Origin: an uncultured Candidatus Saccharibacteria bacterium
GTDB taxonomy: Bacteria > Patescibacteriota > Minisyncoccia > UBA6257 > GWB1-50-10
DNA length: 64,000 bases
Reading direction: 5' to 3'
Assembly: GCA_964449245.1 (NCBI GenBank)
Contig: CAYUXY010000003.1
Coordinates: 13,222-77,221, forward strand
In this document: piece by piece, positions 58,958 to 64,000 of the stretch
How positions within the stretch are numbered: the first letter of the stretch is position 1
Layout of the letters: every line of letters begins with the position of its first letter
Translations under genes and position numbers: made by a program
The notes under the pieces: model-generated
What the model was told of the DNA's origin: nothing
What the model saw: the letters and a program-made list of their open reading frames with translations, nothing else
The model's database searches: none

Positions 58958-59818
58958 TCATCGCTGAATACCATCTTTTTCCTGGATTTTGCATTCTGTA
59001 ATTTTTAGAGTGGGAGGGGTCTGCTGCGATATTTTTTCATTAAATCCAACATGCAAGAAAGTTTCTTTATCCTGAAAACGATTAATACCAAAATCTTTCA
59101 AATAAATGGGTGGGGCCTGAAAGTCCTTACCTTTCGGTGTGTAAATTAGAAAAGCAGACGCAACCAAATGATCTGGTTTTTCAATAGTTTCGATCCGGAG
59201 CTTCACATCAGTGTTGGGCTTAACTGATCCTTGAAGATTTTTTCTTTCTTCATAGATTGGGGTACCTTTGTCTTTATAATTCCAATAAAGTGTTTGATTA
59301 TCTTGAGAACCAATCGCAAGACTCACTTCACTCCCCTCGACGTCCTTAAAAGCAACGATTGTGTTAAGCGGGACATCATTGTTTTGCTTGAAAATAAAAT
59401 CAAAAACAAAAAGATCTTTCACTGGTCGCTTAAACCTAATTAGTCCATCCTCACCCAGAATTTTGATATCCGAGTTATTAAAAACTAGGACATCTTTCAT
59501 ATCCCAAAGATGTTCTGATATCTCGTAACAATCCACTGTGTTTTCGCTACGAAGATTATCCAATTTAGAATTTATAGTATAAACTTCACCAAAAATCGAT
59601 TCTGAGATAGACGCTAGAAAATTAATTCTAGAGTCGGGATGAAAATGATCCCATACACTCAAAAACCCTGAGAATGCGCCAAAGGTCACCAAAAGGAGGG
59701 TGATAAAAAATATGTATCGAATTGTAAATGAAACGAATTTTGCCGTTTTCTTCCAACCCCTTTCTTCAAAAAAAGTCTGTAGGCGCCCCAATTGTTTTTT
59801 GAAGAAATTTTGAATCAT
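58958..59818 (-). CDS. Membrane-anchored hypothetical protein
   Basis: N-terminal TM helix, beta-rich C-terminus. Confidence 0.65.
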   Translation of the reverse strand: MIQNFFKKQLGRLQTFFEERGWKKTAKFVSFTIRYIFFITLLLVTFGAFSGFLSVWDHFHPDSRINFLASISESIFGEVYTINSKLDNLRSENTVDCYEISEHLWDMKDVLVFNNSDIKILGEDGLIRFKRPVKDLFVFDFIFKQNNDVPLNTIVAFKDVEGSEVSLAIGSQDNQTLYWNYKDKGTPIYEERKNLQGSVKPNTDVKLRIETIEKPDHLVASAFLIYTPKGKDFQAPPIYLKDFGINRFQDKETFLHVGFNEKISQQTPPTLKITECKIQEKDGIQR

Positions 59819-60813
59819 TGGTTAATAAATCCACCAGATGAAACGGTAAGATTGTCGATCTCAAAACTGGAACTCCCTGGCCACACAGCAAAACCCAAGG
59901 AGTCTTCCTTTCCCGAGATATATTCCGAATCAACAAATTTTAAAGTAGGCTCAGTATTAGAGATTTTCTTCGCATTTTCCTCGGTGCCCCCTTCAAAGAT
60001 GTAAACTGCATAACTATTGTTCTTCCTAGAGATGAAAACCGAATAAACTGAGCCGGCTTTCATCTTCGGACCAATGTTGCTCACCGGCTCGCCTGGACGG
60101 GGTGGTCCCTGAAGAAGCGTCACTCTTGAATTATTCCCATTACCAATAACTATACTGCGGCCACTTTCTAGAAAGTAGAAAACGAGATTGATAACATCTC
60201 CTTTAGGAATTAGATCGAAGGATGCAAAAACATCTGAGAATCGATAAAAGAAAGCCAACGAGGGATGCCCCTCTTTTGGGGAATTAGCAGATAACTTTCC
60301 ATTAGATACGTACCAAATATCTCGAGGTGTACCATCAGGTATCAAAAAGAATTGGGATTCTGATAGATTTCCATCAAAGGTATTTCTTATTCCTAAAGAA
60401 AATGCGTATGTATAAATTCTTTCTTTGCTATCATCGGTAACTGCTGTGACCGAGATATTATGAGGCCCAGGATCAAGTAAAAAAGGTAGAGTAACTTTTA
60501 AATTCCCTTTGGTATCTTTAATAGTTATTCCATCTAAAAGTGGAGTGCGTGTAAGAACGTCTAATTTTTGATCAATAACAACTTTTTGTATTTTCCATTT
60601 ATCTAGATAGGCAATTTCTATATCTGGCCGTAATGTATTTTCGATTATTAACGTACTCTGATTTTCCATCAGTGGTCTTTTTGCAATATATACGGAGACT
60701 TCGCTGTTTTGGATAAGAGGTAGTTTAGTTTCTGATTTTTGAACAATAAAAAACCACGCTACCAAAACGATAAAAATTACCCCGCCAATTATTACAAAAA
60801 GACTTTTGCGCAT
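59815..60813 (-). CDS. Membrane-anchored beta-rich (lectin-like fold?) protein
   Basis: MRKSLF TM helix; W.VSNGKL...F....GFAVW..FEIDNLTV. Confidence 0.6.
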   Translation of the reverse strand: MRKSLFVIIGGVIFIVLVAWFFIVQKSETKLPLIQNSEVSVYIAKRPLMENQSTLIIENTLRPDIEIAYLDKWKIQKVVIDQKLDVLTRTPLLDGITIKDTKGNLKVTLPFLLDPGPHNISVTAVTDDSKERIYTYAFSLGIRNTFDGNLSESQFFLIPDGTPRDIWYVSNGKLSANSPKEGHPSLAFFYRFSDVFASFDLIPKGDVINLVFYFLESGRSIVIGNGNNSRVTLLQGPPRPGEPVSNIGPKMKAGSVYSVFISRKNNSYAVYIFEGGTEENAKKISNTEPTLKFVDSEYISGKEDSLGFAVWPGSSSFEIDNLTVSSGGFINQ

Positions 60814-60814
60814 A

Positions 60815-61270
60815 CTATTTCTTAAATAACTTCCGCACCCAAACAACTTCCGCCCACGCGAGAGAAATCGAGATGAGAAGGAAAGTTGCAATAGGCATCC
60901 AGATACTGCCATTGAATGAAATTATGAACGGCCACTTATAATATCCAGGAACCGGATTCTTCACGATTAAGGCGAAGAGAAGTATTGGAGTTATAAACAA
61001 TCCGATATTCAAAGAAATCGAATTTCGAATCCAGCGCAATGCCTTTTCAGCAACTTCTTCCCCTCGACCAATTGTGAGGTAGTTTATCAAGCAGAAAGCA
61101 ACGCCAATACCCCAAAAAAGCATATTGTTATTCGCTAGAGCCTCTTCGCTGCCAATGCTTTTGTAGAAGGCGTAGGTCATCGTCGCAAAGAAAATCTGAA
61201 CAGTAATAAGGAACTGAATCCGGTCCCGAATTTCCTTGATTAATTCGTTGCTGCCAACAGTGCTATCCAT
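60815..61270 (-). CDS. Four-TM membrane protein
   Basis: Four hydrophobic segments. Confidence 0.65.
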   Translation of the reverse strand: MDSTVGSNELIKEIRDRIQFLITVQIFFATMTYAFYKSIGSEEALANNNMLFWGIGVAFCLINYLTIGRGEEVAEKALRWIRNSISLNIGLFITPILLFALIVKNPVPGYYKWPFIISFNGSIWMPIATFLLISISLAWAEVVWVRKLFKK

Positions 61271-61308
61271 AACAAAAGAATAGCCACATTACACTTGGTT
61301 TGTCTATA

Positions 61309-61824
61309 TCACTCACACTTAGTGATATAGCTTTCGTAAAGCGGTTTTGCTTCGTCAAATACCGCCCGCACAAGCTTCATATTTATCTCCGAATCTGGCG
61401 CCGGGTTTTGTCCGAGTAAGAACTCGGCGCGTTTGTAGAGACTGACAATATCATTCGTCACGCCCCAATTGTCATATCCTCGTTTATCCGGAATCGTTTT
61501 GAAAAGTTTGTCGCATTCCTGCTTACTCGCGAGATCGGAGGTCTGAGCTTTAATATCCTCATTCTGAAGTTTTAGGTTTTCGTTTTCTAATCGGAGTCGT
61601 TCTATCTCAAGCTGTGCAGTGGTCACATCCTCGCTGGTTTGCGCTTGCTGCGTTTCGAGATTCTCTACGCGGCCGAGAAGCGAGTCGATTTGTTCGGCTA
61701 AGATCTGGACTGCTTCCGTTGGCGTCTTGCCCTGAATAAGAGAAACTGTGAATGAACTACCCAGTGCTACCACCGGAAGTCCTACAATCACCGCTAGGGT
61801 GATAACAAATATTTTCAATTTCAT
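61309..61824 (-). CDS. Secreted coiled-coil protein
   Basis: Signal-like N-terminus, LIQGKTPTEAVQILAEQID, then a coiled coil. Confidence 0.7.
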   Translation of the reverse strand: MKLKIFVITLAVIVGLPVVALGSSFTVSLIQGKTPTEAVQILAEQIDSLLGRVENLETQQAQTSEDVTTAQLEIERLRLENENLKLQNEDIKAQTSDLASKQECDKLFKTIPDKRGYDNWGVTNDIVSLYKRAEFLLGQNPAPDSEINMKLVRAVFDEAKPLYESYITKCE

Positions 61825-61829
61825 AATAG

Positions 61830-62084
61830 TTATTGAAATTGCTGATCTATGCCATATCTCTCTCTGAGACACTGGTCATAGATCCGATCACTTGCGACCT
61901 TTCGCGCTGATTCGCTTATATAATTTCCACCACTCGTTTCACTCTTGGCACGCTGAGCACAATCAGAAATTGCATCCTTCGTATCCAGCATGTTCTTGGT
62001 TGCGATGATAAGAAAGACATTCAACACAAGTGAAATGCCAAGCAACGAGAAAAAGATTATTTTGGCTGTTTTAGTTTTGAACAT
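61830..62084 (-). CDS. Small membrane-anchored protein
   Basis: TM helix and a C...YDQCL..YG cysteine pair. Confidence 0.65.
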   Translation of the reverse strand: MFKTKTAKIIFFSLLGISLVLNVFLIIATKNMLDTKDAISDCAQRAKSETSGGNYISESARKVASDRIYDQCLRERYGIDQQFQ

Positions 62085-62103
62085 GGCTTTTAATTTGTAA
62101 GGT

Positions 62104-62290
62104 GCTGGCTAGAAACAAAAATCTGCTAGCCAGCGATCTCTTGCGAGACCCATACGAGTTTCCCCGTATGACGCTCAAACGTGCTCTGACTAGCAGATTT
62201 CTACGTTTGAGCGTTTTAAGACCATGCCGCCAGACGAATCCGAGGGTTTAGGTCCCGCCTTACCGCTAAGTAAGGCTATTCAGTTGTTAA
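62104..62290 (-). ncRNA. Candidate structured 5' leader / attenuator
   Basis: Four adjacent hairpins plus a mutually exclusive 15-nt pairing (62119-62133 with 62186-62200). Confidence 0.5.
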
Positions 62291-62412
62291 TCCAATTTTA
62301 CCGCAATTCGACCTTTGAATCCATTACTCGCTTACTTCGGGATTTAAGTAAAGTAAGTTATCCACTTAGGACGTATGGACTTATCCGGTGGGTTCCGGCT
62401 TTGTTGTGTTGT

Positions 62413-63702
62413 ATGGAAAATACCACAACAGAGCCAGTCCGTTACTGCCTATATGCCCGCAAATCAAGTGAAGCCGAGGAAAGACAAGCCCTTTCCATAG
62501 ACTCTCAGCTTAAGGAGATGCTTATCATAGCCCAACGCGATGGGCTGAATGTGGTCGATATATACAAAGAATCCCACTCGGCAAAAGAATGCGGCCAACG
62601 CCCAGTTTTCAACAAGCTCCTGATCGATATTCGAGAAGGAAAATTTAATGGAATTCTCGTATGGCACCCGGACAGACTCAGTAGAAATGCCGGCGACCTA
62701 GGAACGATTGTTGATCTACTTGATCAGAAAAAACTAGTGGAAATCAGAACATACAGTCAACGATTCACTAATAATCCAAACGAAAAGTTTCTACTGATGA
62801 TTCTTGGTTCTCAAGCGAAACTTGAGAACGACAACAAGAGCATAAATGTAAAACGTGGTCTCAAAACGAAATGCGAGCTTGGCCTATGGCCCAGTGTCGC
62901 TCCTACAGGATATCTAAATTCAAAAAATAAAGACCAGCCAGGGGTCGTCTTTGTGGACCCGGATCGAGCATCAACCATTAAAGAAGTTTTTAGCAAAGTA
63001 GCCTATGAGGGCTGGAGCGGCCGGAAAGTATATAGGTGGTTAAAAGACATCAAGTTTGTCTCTCGCAACGGAAAACCTCTTACACTTAGTAACATCTATG
63101 TGATTTTAAATAATCACTTCTACCATGGAACGTTTGAGTATCCACGCGGAAGCGGACGCTGGTTTCAAGGAAAACACATTCCACTTATTTCAAGAGATTT
63201 GTTTGATCAAGTGCAAAAGCAGTTACATCTACAGATAAAGGCAAAAAATCGAAATAAAGAATTTGCATTTACAAGACTTCTCTCCTGTGGAGCTTGCGGT
63301 TCTGGCATAACAGCACAGGAAAAATTTAAAACACTAAAAGATGGTTCGGTGGCTAAGTATATTTATTATGGATGTACCCGCTCAAGGGATATCAACTGCA
63401 AGGAAGGGTATGTTGAGGAACGGATACTTATCTCCCAACTTCTGGAGCTTATAGACCAGATCGACCTGGATAAATTAGGAGTGAGGCAAAAACTTGAGAA
63501 AGAAATTGAACGACACAAAAAATTTCACTCTCAGATCATGGGTATAAAAGAACAGAACTACGAAGCAAAAGATATAGATATAAGAAATTACGCAAAGTAC
63601 ATGCTCAACGAAGGTTCTATTTTTGAAAAGCGGGATTTATTAATGTGTCTTAAAACAAAATTGCTTTTGAAAGAGAAAAGGCTGCTTATATCCTTCGATT
63701 AG
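62413..63702 (+). CDS. Large serine recombinase (resolvase + recombinase + Zn ribbon)
   Basis: YARKSSE, Q..SIDSQ, ESHSAK..RP.F, DRLSRN, APTGY, G.H.PLIS..LF..VQ, CGACG and YYGC motifs. Confidence 0.93.
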   Translation: MENTTTEPVRYCLYARKSSEAEERQALSIDSQLKEMLIIAQRDGLNVVDIYKESHSAKECGQRPVFNKLLIDIREGKFNGILVWHPDRLSRNAGDLGTIVDLLDQKKLVEIRTYSQRFTNNPNEKFLLMILGSQAKLENDNKSINVKRGLKTKCELGLWPSVAPTGYLNSKNKDQPGVVFVDPDRASTIKEVFSKVAYEGWSGRKVYRWLKDIKFVSRNGKPLTLSNIYVILNNHFYHGTFEYPRGSGRWFQGKHIPLISRDLFDQVQKQLHLQIKAKNRNKEFAFTRLLSCGACGSGITAQEKFKTLKDGSVAKYIYYGCTRSRDINCKEGYVEERILISQLLELIDQIDLDKLGVRQKLEKEIERHKKFHSQIMGIKEQNYEAKDIDIRNYAKYMLNEGSIFEKRDLLMCLKTKLLLKEKRLLISFD

Positions 63703-64000
63703 AGAGGATATTTGTAGATTTGTTTATAAATGTTTCGATAATTTTGGGTTATCTCCGCGTGTTCTGGACGATGAATCTCATTGAGATTTTCGGGCCAATA
63801 TTGTCTTTCACCCCAGGTTACAACTAGCAGTTTCTTTTTAGATTTCTTGAGAATCTCCTCTACAAAATTTTTCTTTAAATAAAGAACGTTCTCATGCGTG
63901 CCGTACTGATTCCCAGAGGTTACAGGCTTGCCGACCACTTCTCCTTTTTCGGTGACGAGGTCAAAGGTCCCAGAAGCACAATGTAACTTGTGACGCTTCA
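63699..64000 (-). CDS. C-terminal part of a larger protein (start outside the window)
   Basis: Frame stays open to the window edge; ends LYLKKNFVEEILKKSKKKLLVVTWGERQ...YPL*. Confidence 0.6.
   Translation of the reverse strand, partial: KRHKLHCASGTFDLVTEKGEVVGKPVTSGNQYGTHENVLYLKKNFVEEILKKSKKKLLVVTWGERQYWPENLNEIHRPEHAEITQNYRNIYKQIYKYPL

Noticed and set aside
23990-62366. Scattered DnaA-box-like sequences (about 23990, 54538, 58942, 62358) as an origin
   Set aside because: They are isolated single boxes with no cluster, unwinding element or dnaA gene
62224-62412. N-terminal extension of the recombinase
   Set aside because: It overlaps the structured leader and promoter region; the catalytic YARKS domain starts just after Met at 62413

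Overview
AT-rich bacterial window, most likely from a Patescibacteria/CPR (Parcubacteria-like) genome. This is inferred from gene content: a short L3, a DUF4012 protein, a CxxC-x17-CxxC coupling-type ATPase, a large Cys-rich hypothetical protein, a non-canonical EF-P loop and many apparently leaderless genes. Positions 1-37 kb are mostly housekeeping: the start of the S10 cluster (rplB partial, rplW, rplD, rplC, rpsJ), tuf, lepA, surface-polysaccharide genes, ppsA, gpsA, Sua5, mnmA, efp, def/fmt, nfo, a uvrC-like gene, uvrA and uppP. Positions 37-54 kb are a run of accessory and metabolic genes (lexA-like, MFS, zwf-gnd-pgl, oligoendopeptidase F, rsgA) punctuated by 7/8-bp periodic intergenic repeats. 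Positions 54-64 kb look like a defence/integrative island: a LexA-C5 methyltransferase fusion with a convergent Bsp6I-like endonuclease and controller, a tRNA-end-like structured element, a terminase-small-subunit-like gene, membrane proteins and a large serine recombinase. Highlights the ORF track misses: (i) an array of self-contained promoter-SD-micropeptide-terminator units at 30.4-31.7 kb, (ii) a Cys-rich gene bracketed by N- and C-terminal remnants of a paralog with palindromes at the breakpoints, and (iii) two strongly structured non-coding leaders in the island. No CRISPR array, rRNA or complete tRNA was seen. All assignments come from reading motifs by eye; no searches were run.
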